From Chromera velia (taxonomy: Eukaryota): a DNA stretch of 45,827 nucleotides. The stretch is from NCBI GenBank assembly GCA_018398765.1, contig JAHBMJ010000514.1, positions 1-45,827 on the forward strand. The letters are read 5' to 3'. Both the position numbers and the translations under genes were made by a program. A model generated the notes under the pieces. That model worked only from the letters and a program-made list of their open reading frames with translations, was not told the origin of the DNA and ran no database searches. Position 1 is the first letter of the stretch, and every line of letters starts with the position of its first letter. Shown one piece after another: positions 24,675 through 36,700 of this stretch.

Positions 24675-26051
24675 ATTCTGCTCAAATAGTCCAGAAAAGC
24701 GTGAACCCGTCAAAAACTGGAAAGCAACCTGCATGGGAAAAACTAAATTTATACACATATGTCATACATGCATGCGTTTGTTTGCGGGTTGCATGTCTAG
24801 CAGGCGTTGGCGGGGAGGGAGTCATGGTTCTAGTCATGGTTATCATACTCGAAATGGAGACGTCCAGTTACTTTCTTGTTATCACATTCGAACAACCCTT
24901 CTTTAGAGAATCTCTTGTATGTCCGCTTAACTTGCTGCCCCAGATTATGTCGGTAGACTTTGCCTCTAATATGATTATTGTGTTGGGGGAGCAGGTTAGG
25001 CAGTGGAAAGGCTTCCCTCAAGGGAGCTCCTGTCCTCCTGGAGGGACTTGTTTTTATGCTGCATGGAAAGAGAGAGAAAAGGCTGTGAATGCTGGCATTT
25101 CTGGATGGAAGAGTGACAAGTAGTTCATGGCTTGGTACATGGATGATAGGTTGGTTTTAGCCCGGTCTCGGTCCTCTTCTTTCTTGAATGATGACCCTTT
25201 CATGGCATCCTTGTAGAGGCAGGACTTCTATCATTCCAGCTGTGTGCTGGAGAGATAAGACGGGTGCACAGTGCTTGGTTTGTCATTGTTTTGCCTGCCG
25301 GGTGCACCTGAGATCGTACTTTTTGAGTCTGCTAACCCAAATCGTGGACCGATGGCTCAATGTCTCTCAGGTATAAGGGATGACACGATTTTCTAACACG
25401 ATTTCTCACAAGTCATCCTTGTTCCTTGAGAAGATTAGGTTTGCTCACGGCTCCTCTTGCATCACAAGTGGGGGTGGGCGGTGCGGTTTAATTTTAGGGC
25501 ATGTTACTCATGCGTTACTCTCGACGAATGCCCTAGCATCGGTTGTGGTGCATTCACTAATGTGTTTGTTTACCGAGCTGCTAGTGTATCAATGGTCTTT
25601 TTCTTTCTTGCATAGATTATTTTTACGTGACGTGGTACGCCAGAGTTGCTAAAAAACATTGTACTACGCCGTATTATAGCGTTTCATACTGTTCCTGGTG
25701 TTTCAGAAAAAACCCGTATTACACTCTATTAAATAAAAAAATATTTTTTTATAGCATTTTAGGGCATTACTAGGCCCATTTTAACATCTGAAACTAATTT
25801 TAACTACTTGTAATACTTAATTAAATATTTAGCAATGTGTAATGTGACATACATAATGTTTTTTACTGTTTGTCCCCCTAAGTTTGTCATGCTAGAACGG
25901 TAGTAGAACCTATGTGGAGTCAAAATGCAGCACACAGGACACCAAAGCAAAACAAACAAACCCCCAGGCCTCCCCCTCTAACACCCCTACCCCCTCCCTC
26001 TACTCAAGAGGCTCAACCACCTCTAGACCAAACGAAGCTAGTCGCTTCTCA

Positions 26052-27013
26052 ATGTCGACTGCAGAGGACCCAGCAGAGACTTCCTCGACTACCGCCCTGT
26101 TCTTATACATCGGCAAACCCCCCCCCTCCCTTCTCTACACCCCCCCCCTCCTCACCCCCCCCTCCTTCCCGTGAGTGCGTACTAGCTTCATATTGGTGAA
26201 AACACTCACAAGAGCGTCTTGGTAGTCTTGGGTTAGTCGATTTTATCTCTTGTTGTACATAAACTCATAGGCTAACCATGCCCGCTTGCCGCATTCCACT
26301 GCATTTGCCTGCTCAAACATAGGGAAGGCGATATTATGTTTAGCATGGAGGGGTGCGGCCTTCTCGACTGCAGAGTGCCTCCACCAAGAAAGGGCGGAGA
26401 CGTTCAAACTCGTTTCACGTCTGTCATCTGTGTTTGTGCTTCCAGAGGTTCGCCTCTTATTGGCACTCGTATTGCGTTCCCCCCTCCAATTGGGAGGGTG
26501 GTTAGGCAGGATTGGTGGGTATACCACCATGAGCGCGGGGAGGAGGCCATGGAGGTCTTCATGAGTGGGGAGCCTCGGTCGTGGATCCGGACCTCCGAGG
26601 GAGGATGGATGAAGCGGTCGGAGTTCGACCGGCTCTGTGAGTTGGGAGTGGTGGTCAACAGAAACTCCTAGAGGGTGCCGGGCTAGGTGCCGGGCTCAGG
26701 ACGTTATTGGTCTATGTTGGTGCCCTCCCTCTCTGCTCGTACACCGGAGGGGTTCAACGTGAAGACATTCCTGGAGGCGATGAAGAGGCCCTTTGAGTGT
26801 CCCATCCCCGTTGTTGTAGAGATGGCTTCGGGTGTATGTCTGTTGGCTTTAGGAGATGACAAGATGTGTGCCGTATGTGGCAGGGTGTCGGCGGGCATCC
26901 AGAAATGTTTCGGGTGTCATTACATCCGATATTGCTCTCGTGGCTGTCAGAAGAAGGACTGGAGGCGATACCATTGGAGTGTCTGCCCCACCTTCCGGGC
27001 TGCTGTGGTTTAA
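26052..27013 (+). pseudogene. MYND-type zinc-finger protein, probably pseudogenised
   Basis: The C-terminus CAVC...CFGC...YCSRGCQKKDWRRYHWSVC fits the zf-MYND consensus (CxxC...CxxC...YCSxxCQxxxW..H..xC). Putative exons 26052-26170 and 26446-27013 are phase-compatible. In-frame TAG codons at 26669-26671 and 26684-26686. Confidence 0.7.
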
Positions 27014-28568
27014 ACTGGCTGACTAACTAATTGAGGACTGACTAATCGATTGATTAACTCATTGATTGATTGATTGATTGAAGAACCAAAAGGCCCTCCA
27101 TAACCGCTGCATACACTCTCTGGCCGTCTCTACATGAAGCTATATAAAGAATTTTATAAATGTTCTTTTGTGTAAATTATTATCCTAAACTTTATAGATT
27201 TTCTTAGGATGGCTTTGGGGGGCCATTGTACTATAATTGTACTGTGCTTTAGCTAGAATTTCAAAAAACACTGTACTATACTTTGGCAACCCTGTGGTAC
27301 GCACTGCTTCTCCTCTCCTAATTCGTGAGTGGATGCGTGTGCAAGGGTTGTTACGTAGGCTCCATATTCTTGTGACTTAATTGAATGTATGGTTACCGTA
27401 TTCTGACTTGTTGACATGACTTCTAAACTCTTCAACTGATTTGTTCTAGATGCCCTGCATTACTTGCGGCTTTTCTTTGTACACAAAGCCTACAGCGATA
27501 GAAAAAAGATAGTGGCGGAACGAAGGGGAGGGCGCGCGTTCTCTAGCGTGGGGGGTTTGTTGGTCCTGGGATCGCGTGACTGTATGGCACTGTGATGATG
27601 TGTTGTGCTGGATGAATATGTTGTGCGCATGGTGTGAGCGAGTGTATACATTTTTCTTTTTTGCTCTTTAGATTTTCTTTTTTCTGCATACAGTTTTTAT
27701 TTTTTTCTTGCTTTACATGTTTGTCTGTCTCGCTTGCATATATCACGTTGATCGATCCATGGAAGAAGGTATAATTGATTAACCCGATAGAGACCGTGTC
27801 CTCTCTCAATAAACAGTGTACCGTAGGAGAACTTAAAGCACTCAGCTGTCTGAAGAGCATATACTTCTCAAGATTCTTATCATGCGTGCGTTAGATGGGT
27901 TAGATACCCTCAGGATTTTTTTCTGGAGGAGGGGGGGTTCCACGGCTTTTCCCACGGGGGAGGGCTAACCCGGGAGGCGGCGCGACCGCCCGGCATGGGT
28001 CAACAACTCGCAGTGCGTGTCTCTGACACACTTTATATTTAGGTTATCGGGCCGTAACACACCGATGATGGTGATCACTCTCCGTTTTTAGGTCCTTTCA
28101 GCCTTCGTGAACTCTCTGAAATAACACACTTTGCAAAACACACTCCGATTTTAGGTCCTCAGCCCTGAACTCTCCGGGAGTTGGTAACCCACGCCGCCCG
28201 GTACAGTAACCACCCGGTTGACTGACCAGCGTATGCAAAATTTTAATTGTGCAGTTCTCATTTTTCTTACTTTAAAATTCCGGGGCTGTTTGCAAGCTTG
28301 CGTACGTCAGATTTGACGAAAGATATATATATAGCGTGCATGCAAGGGCTGGGGTCTACCAGACTGCTTGTCAATCACCGTCACAGCCGACCAAAAACTT
28401 CCAATTTGGCACCCGAAAGAAACAGTCGCCGAATTTTTGGTATTAGACAGTAACTTAGTGCCCCTCTTGTTTCCTTATCTCCCTGCAGTTCTTCTTAAAG
28501 TTTCCCCCTCCCCTCGCAGCACCTCAGGGGAAAACCTCCAGGGACATGGAGGGAAAAACCTCCGATTG

Positions 28569-28632
28569 AAGAAAGAAAAAAAGAAAGAAAGAAAGAAACA
28601 ATAAAAGAAAGAAAGAAAGAAAGAAAGAACGA

Positions 28633-28664
<32 letters not shown>

Positions 28665-28800
28665 ACAAAAGTCTTAGAAAGAAAGAACGAAAGAAAGAAA
28701 GAATTAAAGAATGAAAGAAAAAAAGAACGAAAAAAAGAAAGAAAGAAAGAAAGAAAGAAAGAGAGAAAGAAAGAAAGAAAGAGAGAGAGAAAGAGGGGGG

Positions 28801-28849
<49 letters not shown>

Positions 28850-29201
28850 AACCAAGATCGAGTTTGTATCGGGATGTTTATGACCATCTTTTTCATTTTC
28901 CTTGTATTGATTTTCTCCTTCCTTCCTTCCTTCCCTCCTTCCTTCCTTCTCCTTCCTTTTCCTTCCTTAAAGTTTTCCTTCCTTTTCCTTCCTTCCTTTT
29001 CCTTCCTTCCTTTTCTTTCCTTCCTTTTCCTTCCTTCCTTTTCTTTCCTTCCTTTTCCTTCCTTCCTTTTCCTTCTTTCCTTTTCCTTCCTTCCTTTTCC
29101 TTCCTTCCTTTTCTTTCCTTCCTTTTCCTTCCTTCCTTTTCCTTCCTTCCTTTTCCTTCCTTCCTTTTCCTTCCTTCCTTCTTTTTTTCTTTCTTTCTTT
29201 C

Positions 29202-29235
<34 letters not shown>

Positions 29236-29240
29236 CTCTT

Positions 29241-29282
<42 letters not shown>

Positions 29283-29411
29283 AGATGTGTGTATATACGT
29301 GTGCTTGTATATGTGTGTATGTATATGTGTATGTGTGTATGTATGTGTGTATGTATGTGTGTGTATGTGTGTATGTGTGTATGTGTATGTGTGTGTGTGT
29401 GTATGTGTGTA

Positions 29412-29458
<47 letters not shown>

Positions 29459-29517
29459 GTATGTATGTGTGTGTGAGTGGGTTGTGGTGTGTATGTGTAT
29501 GTGTGTGTGTGTGTGTA

Positions 29518-29560
<43 letters not shown>

Positions 29561-29660
29561 ATGTATGTGTATGTATGTATATGTATGTATGTGTGTATGT
29601 GTGTGTGTGTATGTGTGTATGTGTGTGTATGTGTGTGTGTGTATGTGTGTGTACTATGTG
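28569..29660. repeat. Compound microsatellite block: (GAAA)n-(GA)n, (CCTT)n-(CTTT)n-(CT)n, (TG/TA)n
   Basis: Read directly from the sequence. Confidence 0.92.
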
Positions 29661-30203
29661 TGTCTTTCCCTTGTTGTGGTTGGTTTGTGTGTTTACAGTA
29701 AGGATGTCAGAAGAATGGTAATTACGCAGTGTTGCGACCACCGTGGGTGCGCTGTCAGTGGAGATGGGACACTCCGCTGAGCAACTTAGATATATAAAAT
29801 AGTCAGGGAAACAGTTAGAATTTGGGAGCGTTGGAAGATATGGAAGTGATTGTAGAAAGGAATTGGAGTTTTTGCCGTACCCTTTTCCCTAACTAGCATC
29901 TTCCACTCCCTTCCTTTCCTAATGATCACTCCTCGCTACCGTTTCTTTTCCCTGCTTTGGATTTCTTTCTTCCCTTCCGCCTTTCCAGCCTCCTTTGCTC
30001 TTTTTTTTTTCTCTATTCATTGAACTTCTTTTTATCGTTTTTCTCCCTCTTTCTGATTCTTTCAGGATTCCCATATGTGTGCGTGTCTCTAAGTCTTTTG
30101 TTTTATCCATCTTTCTGTCTATACTTCCTTTCAGAATCTGTGTGTCAGTATTTCCGTCTCCCTTCTTTCTTCCACCTTCCCCCACCCTTTCTCTCTTGTT
30201 TTT

Positions 30204-30450
30204 TGTCTGTCTGTCTGTCTGTCTATCTGTCTGTTTATCTGTCTGTGTCTGTTTGCTAGTCTGTCAGTCTGTCTGTCTGTCTGTCTGAATGTCTGTGTGT
30301 TTGCTAGACTAAGTCTGTTGGTCTGTTGGTCAGTCTGTCTGTGTATTTATCTGCTAGTCTGTCTCTCTATCTACTAGCTATAGTCTGTCTGTCTGTTAGT
30401 CTGTCTGTCTGCCTATTAGCTAGTCTGTCTGTCTGTCTGTCTGTCTCTGT
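30204..30450. repeat. Degenerate (TCTG)n microsatellite with many TA substitutions
   Basis: Read directly; examples include ctgctagtct, ctactagcta and gcctattagctag. Confidence 0.8.
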
Positions 30451-32003
30451 CTCTATCTCTTTCTCTTTCACTCTCCGTCTTTCTCTTTCCCACCTTCCTC
30501 TCCCTTGTATCTTTCTCTATTCTTTTATGTAATCTTTCTTTTCCTCTTTCTGGCCTGTGTGCATGTATTTATCCCTTTTTAAATCGTCTCACTTACCTTT
30601 CTGTTTATACTTTGTTTCCGTGTGTTAGGTTCCTCGTCTGTCTCCCTTCTCTCTAGCGCTTCTCTCTCTCCCTCCCTCCCCTCCTTCTTCCCTCCCCTGG
30701 TTCCACCCCGTACTTGATCTGCTCATCATTGTCACTCATTGCCTGTATACAGATATATTTTCATTCTCTTTAAGTTATCATTTTGTTTACCACCCTTTTT
30801 ACCTATGCTTCTGTGTGTTGCCGCGTTCGGTGTCTCTTTCTGTTAATCTTCTCTCCTGGTTCCCTTTTTTCCCCCTTCATTTCCATCTTTCTTCGACTTT
30901 CTTCCTTTTCTTCCTTTTTTATGCCTTCTTCTTCTCCATTATTCTCTCTCTTTCCCCCCCCCCCCCAAGCAGGCTGAGAGCCCCCCCTCAGACGGGGACG
31001 AAAAAGTTTGGTCAGTAGATCAACCAAAAGGACAGGGACATGAAGAGATTAATTCCATAATGTATATATTTCTTTTCTCTCTTGTTGTGTTTGTGTTTGA
31101 TGAATATCTGGCACCTCCCTTCCCCCTCAAACCCCGTAACCCGTTATCATTCTTCCACTGTCACCTCAGTGCCGTCGCCTCGTTAGCTGAGAAGTAGGGT
31201 CTCTTAGCTACGGTGCCCATGATAAAAGAAGAGGTGAAATATGTTTTTCCTTCCTCCTCTCCCGTTTGTGGCCCTCCCTTACATGGAGGTCGAGGATACA
31301 ATTCTGTGGGAACTGCCGGCTTTACCCCGCTTTACCCTCACCCTCTACTTTGCCCACTTCCAAAAAACTTTCCTCTAAACTCAGGCTGAGTACAGAGTTG
31401 GACTGTGAACAGCTCGTCCTCTTCTGCTCAGCCCCGATACTGAAGAAGAAGGCAAAAGAAAAGCGTTCTCTCCTGCTCAGCCCTGACATTAGAAGGAAGA
31501 CGGGCGAAGACGGGCCACATGTTAGCCTGCGAGACGATTCCTCTCTCCTCAATCCCCAGCCTTTCAACACACTTTTCTCAAACTGAACGAGATAGAACGA
31601 AATCTTACTGAAGGAACAGCTTGTCAGTAATAGCTCGTCTACGACTCTAAAAGAGACCGGGCCTCCTCCTCTGGTTATGAAGGAGGAAGAGAGGTCAGCT
31701 TCTACTTTTTTACGTGTCTCTCTCCCCCCTCCCTTCCCACCCCTTCCTCCCTTCCCTCTTCATCCAGACTGAGCGAGACAAAACGGAACTGCATCAAAGT
31801 AACAGCTCCGCTCATCTGTATTTCATACCTAGTTTCTCTCAAACGGGGGTAGGTGCATCTTTGCTACTCCTAAATATCTACTGTGAGTCGTTCCTTCCAC
31901 AGAATCAACCTGTTCATATCATCTGCCGTCTCCTGCAGCAACACTTTCAATGGCGCCAGTCTCAATGAAAGAGCATTCATTTTCTACCGTTTTTGTCTCG
32001 ATG

Positions 32004-32049
32004 GGGTATTTTTATTTTGTAAGTGCCCCCCGCTTCGCTTTCCGGGGCC
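32004..32049. repeat. Inverted copy of 24441-24486
   Basis: The reverse complement matches 24441-24486 at 44/46 positions. Confidence 0.9.
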
Positions 32050-32240
32050 ATTTCGGCCCCTTGCATCCAGACCCCGGCCCGGCCCTATAGCTTAAAATTT
32101 GCATGCATGCATGGGGTACGTCGCGGATGGTCGCGGCCGGCGGGCCTCGGTCGCGCGCGCGCGAGCAGCCCGCGCGACGGGCGGGGCGGCGTCTCCCCGA
32201 AAGAGCTTCCGTCTCTCTGCCACCCCATGCCACCCCTGCA
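32050..32240 (+). promoter_or_regulatory. CpG-rich segment with (TGCA)3, putative promoter of the kinase gene
   Basis: TGCATGCATGCA at 32100-32111 followed by dense CGCG runs, about 1.5 kb upstream of the ATG at 33745. Role inferred. Confidence 0.35.
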
Positions 32241-33744
32241 TGGGATCACTGATCATTGAATGATGCAGACACTGATGATTCATCGTGGCAAAGATGACAA
32301 TTCTGCCAGTGTACACATGTACGCCAATCCTGTATTGACATGTCAGTATTAAAAGGCTGGAGTTAATCAGCCGCCGGTATCTTGAGAAGTTTGAGTTTAG
32401 TTTTTATCCCCTCCTTGCCGGGCTCCAGAGATGTAACCTGAAGGACTCCTATCAAGAGGCCTCGCGTTTTGCTCCCTACGAAGGCATCGATCCTTGTTGA
32501 CTCGCTTCCTTGGCAGCGTTACTGCTTCCAGATAAGTAACAGAGGAGAAGAGCACCAAGCTGAGAGAAGAAGGAAAGAGGGAAAGCACGGCAAGGCACCC
32601 CCTATCAGACATCATACAAAGGTGCTGACAGGCAGACTGACGCCACCAGACCACTCGACACACCTGTATACGCACGCTGTTTTGTTGTTTCTTTCCAGTT
32701 TTTGCCTCGACTGTCTGAGGGACATCCTCACGCTATTTGATTCTGCCGAAGCAAAACAGACGCAAAGAGGCTGCGGGCATCCCTCAATCCTTCCATCAGC
32801 TCGATTGTCTGTCCGCAGAGATTTGTCCGTCCGTCGATCCTTCCAAACCGCCTACCCTCCTGCCTTCGCCTCCTTGCGCCTTCTTTCCCTTGCCAGGAAA
32901 ATTGGAGTTTGTCTTGAGGAGAGGACAAGGCGCGGATGGAACTTTCCTTCCGTGTGATGTATTGCGATCTCTCAAGGAGGAAAGGAAATCTTTGAGTGAG
33001 GGAGAGAGAGAATACAAAGGAAGAGAAGCGATATTCGGTCAGATTTTTGTCCTAGCTGCCTCTCTTTTTCCTCACTCCTCTTAATCCGCTCCTTCTTCCC
33101 GGGAGCCGAATTTTATTTTGCACCTTCAAGGTCTGATCCTTGGGCTCTCTGCTGAGTGCGGATAAAGGAAAGTGGGACGAAGCAGACAAGAAGAAAGAGT
33201 GGGAGAGATAAAGGGAGAGGCGGTGGAGAGTAAAAAAAAGGGACACAGAGACAATAGACGTCTTCATTCCTTCTTTTCTTTCTGCCTTTCCTTCTCTCCT
33301 GTCCCTCTCTCCGCTTTCCATCTCTCTCCTTCGTCCGCGTTTTCCTTTTCGGTTCTGCCAAGGGGTTCCGTCTTTATTTCTTCGTTTCCTTTAGCTTCTA
33401 AACATCTGCTCTTTTTGAATTCGTTTCGTCGGACAGCCGACGCCAGCAAACAGACCAACCCTGTTTGATCAATCGGACCAAATTGGACGCCCGACGAAGA
33501 GGAGTCAGTCAAGTCAAGTCACTCCACTGAGCAGCAAGACAGGTAGAGAAGAGAAACAACCATTACTGGTCTGGCCAGTCATCAAGAAAAAACGGAAAGA
33601 TATTTTTGCGTCACTTGAGTATCAGAGTGACGCGAGGGAAAGAGAGAGGGGTGAAAGAAGCCGAAGAGACGAAGACCCCAATTGTGAGGGCGAAATTTAA
33701 AAAAAGTAGGAGAGATCGAAGAAAAAGAAAGACACCGAATTGAG

Positions 33745-36700
33745 ATGGAGTCTTTCCAAGTGGACAGTGTTGAAGGAGACTCGGCAGAGAAGGAAAAAGA
33801 ATGGCATGTTGTGGAGAAGAAAAAAAGGGGGGGAAACAAAACCAACAGAGAGAGGCACTCGGCCGGTGCAGCTGCCTCCTCTTCCTCCTCTGCACAGCCC
33901 CCCTCAGCAGCTACCACAGACGGACAGACCCAGCAAGCCCAAGTGGGTGAGAGGGACAGAGGCCACAGGGAGAGGGGGGAGAGGGCCGGTAGCGCAGGGG
34001 TCGTCCAAGGTATGGGAGGGCGTTCTGGTCCTTCTGGGGGAGGCAGGGGGGCGGGAGGGGGGGGTTCTGCCTGGGGAGGGGTGGGAGAGCGACCGCGTGT
34101 AGGAAGTGTCGGGAGCATACTCTCTGGAGTTCCCCCTGTCGACGGGGGGGGAAGGGGTGCTCCCGGAGCTTCAGCACATGGACATGCCAGTGCACCGCAA
34201 AGTAAAGGGGATAAGGGAAAACAGCAACAGGCTCCCTCAGCAGGAGGAGGGGGCGGAAGTTGTTGGGATGTGCTGCCCTCAATCTCCCCTGCAGAAGCTG
34301 CCGTGCTTGCAGAGGCGGACGATGAAGGTACGTGAGAGGATGCATTTATTTTCATACAGAATGCATTTGAAGAAAATGCATGCATGCTTGCAGAGGCGGA
34401 CAGGCATAAATTGGCTGAATTGAATGCAGCAAATTGCTGGAGCTCCTGAGAAGCTTCCTTTCCTTTTCGCTTTTTACTTCTTCATTTGTCGCTGTGGGTT
34501 TTGTTTCTCTCTCTCTGTCTCTTCTTTCTCATCTTTCGCTCTGTCTTGTCTTCCTTTTTCTCAGACTGTCTCCTCTTCTCTCACGGCAGGTTGAGCTTCA
34601 AAAAGCCTCAGCTCGAATTGGCGTCTCCCTGTTTTCACAAAATTTAATTTAATTCTAACAATTATTTGTTCTTCGTGACGACGTGTCCTTGTCTCCCTGC
34701 CTGATGGTTTGGTTGATGAATGAATGCAGAGTTCGAACGTTTGGTTGAGAGGCAAAGGCTAGAAATCGAGGCCGCGCAATCGATTTACTCGGATGACCTC
34801 AAGATCATCAAATGTGGAGTGTCAGTCTGTCTGTCTGTCTGTCTGTCTGTTGGTGCTGTTCTTTTGTCTTTGTTCTTTCTTTCTTTTTGTCTGTTGTGTT
34901 CATGAAGAAAAAGAGGGAGAAGAAGAAGAAACATATAGTCTGTCTATCGATCATGCGGTTAGGGAGGTAAACCGATTGATCGATGGATGGGTGGATGTGC
35001 GGGCAGGAATACTGTTTTTAGTCTCTGTCATGCTTGGCCGGCCGTGAAGACTCCTCAGTATTTGCCGCACCCTTGGACCACCCAATGCACGCACAGACAC
35101 ACACACATTCATGTACCAAGACAAAGAGGCAGGACAGACGCCAGACAGGCTGGCTGAATGCCTTTCTTCCCTCTCGTCCAGAGCCGGGTGGCCTCTTCTT
35201 GGTCACAACCTTTTGTTCATTTTTCCGCTCTCTTTCTTTTCTCTTCCTCATCCCTTTCCTGTCTTTGTTCTACCAAAACTCCCAAGCAGACTGAGCGACC
35301 TGGAGACTCCGGTGGAGGACCTCAAGATCAAAAACTGGAAGGTCGGTTGGTCCGGAGTTGAGGAATTCGCTTTCGGTGTCTCTCCGCTCTCTCTGTGTTG
35401 TATCAATCAATGTCTGATTTTATGGACGAAGATGGCCAGGAAGGAACCCTGAAAGAAGAAACGAGAGCATACGCAATGCAAAAAAATTACGTTCAACGGT
35501 GCGCATTTGCCTTGCCTCGCTGAGTGTCTTCACATTGACGAGGGCATGTTCTTTATCTTCCTTTCATTCCTTGCATACGCGTGTGCGTGCAGTCTGTAGA
35601 TCACCAGGTCGAGCTGCTGCTGACTGTGAAGCCTCCAACAAACGCTGAAGTGAGTCTGGGGGGGCAGGGGTCTTCGAGATACTAGAGGCAGGGGAGAGAT
35701 GTAAACGAAAAAGGCGGTTCGTTCGGGGGTACGGCACAAATAATTTGGTTGTGGACTGCCTGTCCGTCTGTCTTCCTCAGAAAAGCAGAAAAGGTCTTCT
35801 TTTTGTTTTTCGGTGCCGCCCATTGTCGAGCTCCTTGTCGGACGCCTCTTGTTCCCTCTTTCAACGCTGAGACCTTCATGTATCTGTGTTTTCTGTTGGT
35901 CCTTCATAAACCCCTTTTTTCAGGTTGGAACAGCTCGGTGCTTTCTGGAACTGCGCATTCGCTTCGGCCTCACGTAAGTATGCTTGACTCTCTGTCTCCG
36001 TCTCCGTTCGCTTCTTTCTCTGCCTGCCTTGTGGTTCCGGTCCCTTTATCTTTCTTGTGTCCACTGTCCGCGCAATAAGTAGTTCCTTTGCCTTTTTTCT
36101 TCTCCACCTCTCTCGTCGTTTCTCTTCTGTTCTTGCATGCTCTCTTCATTCTTTCTCCGACCGGATATGTGCGTGTTTGCAGGTATCCCCGCACCCGCCC
36201 GTTCGTAAAGCTAGAGAGAATAGAGGAGGCCCCCGACTCCGCCCCCCAGAAGGTCAACGACACGATCGAGGCCCTCCTGGCAGAGAGGTCTGTCTGTCTG
36301 TCTGTCTGTCGGGAGAGAGGGAGGGAGGAAGAGAGATAGAGAGAGAGGGGAGAGGGAAGGTAGAGGGAGGGAGGGAAGGGGAAGGCGGGGCCCATTTTGG
36401 ATTTGAAGGACAGAGAGGCATGCAGGGTGGAAAAGGGGAGTGTGATGATAAGGTCTGCAGAGGAGACGGGAAGACCTTTCTCACGACGGAAAATCCTGTC
36501 TGTGTGTGTCATCGTTCGAGAATAACGATCTCATGACCTGATTAGTTAGGCTCCTGTGTGCTGCCCTTTCCCCCTTCACAATCCTTCCCTCTCTCTTTTC
36601 TCTGCAGGATTGGAGACGAAGTGATTTATGAGCTCTGTTCTGCCCTATCTGACTTGTTGGACGCTTGGAACATTCCTGAAGGCAGGGCTCTGTACGAGGA

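Noticed and set aside
26669..26686. TAG reassigned to a sense codon (alternative genetic code)
   Set aside because: About 2400 spliced codons of kinesin and kinase read through without needing an in-frame TAG. Mutation of gene relics is the simpler explanation.
27960..28010. AACCCGGGAGGCGG resembling an Alu/7SL segment
   Set aside because: The match is only 14 nt, with no further SRP RNA or SINE similarity and no poly-A tail visible.
28495..29780. Several ORFs of 130-340 aa
   Set aside because: Translations of GAAA, CCTT and TG microsatellites.
31266..31693. Coding-like stretch ending in a GTCAG donor
   Set aside because: Interrupted by stops, no recognisable domain and no partner exons. 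It may be another decayed exon but I cannot support a call.
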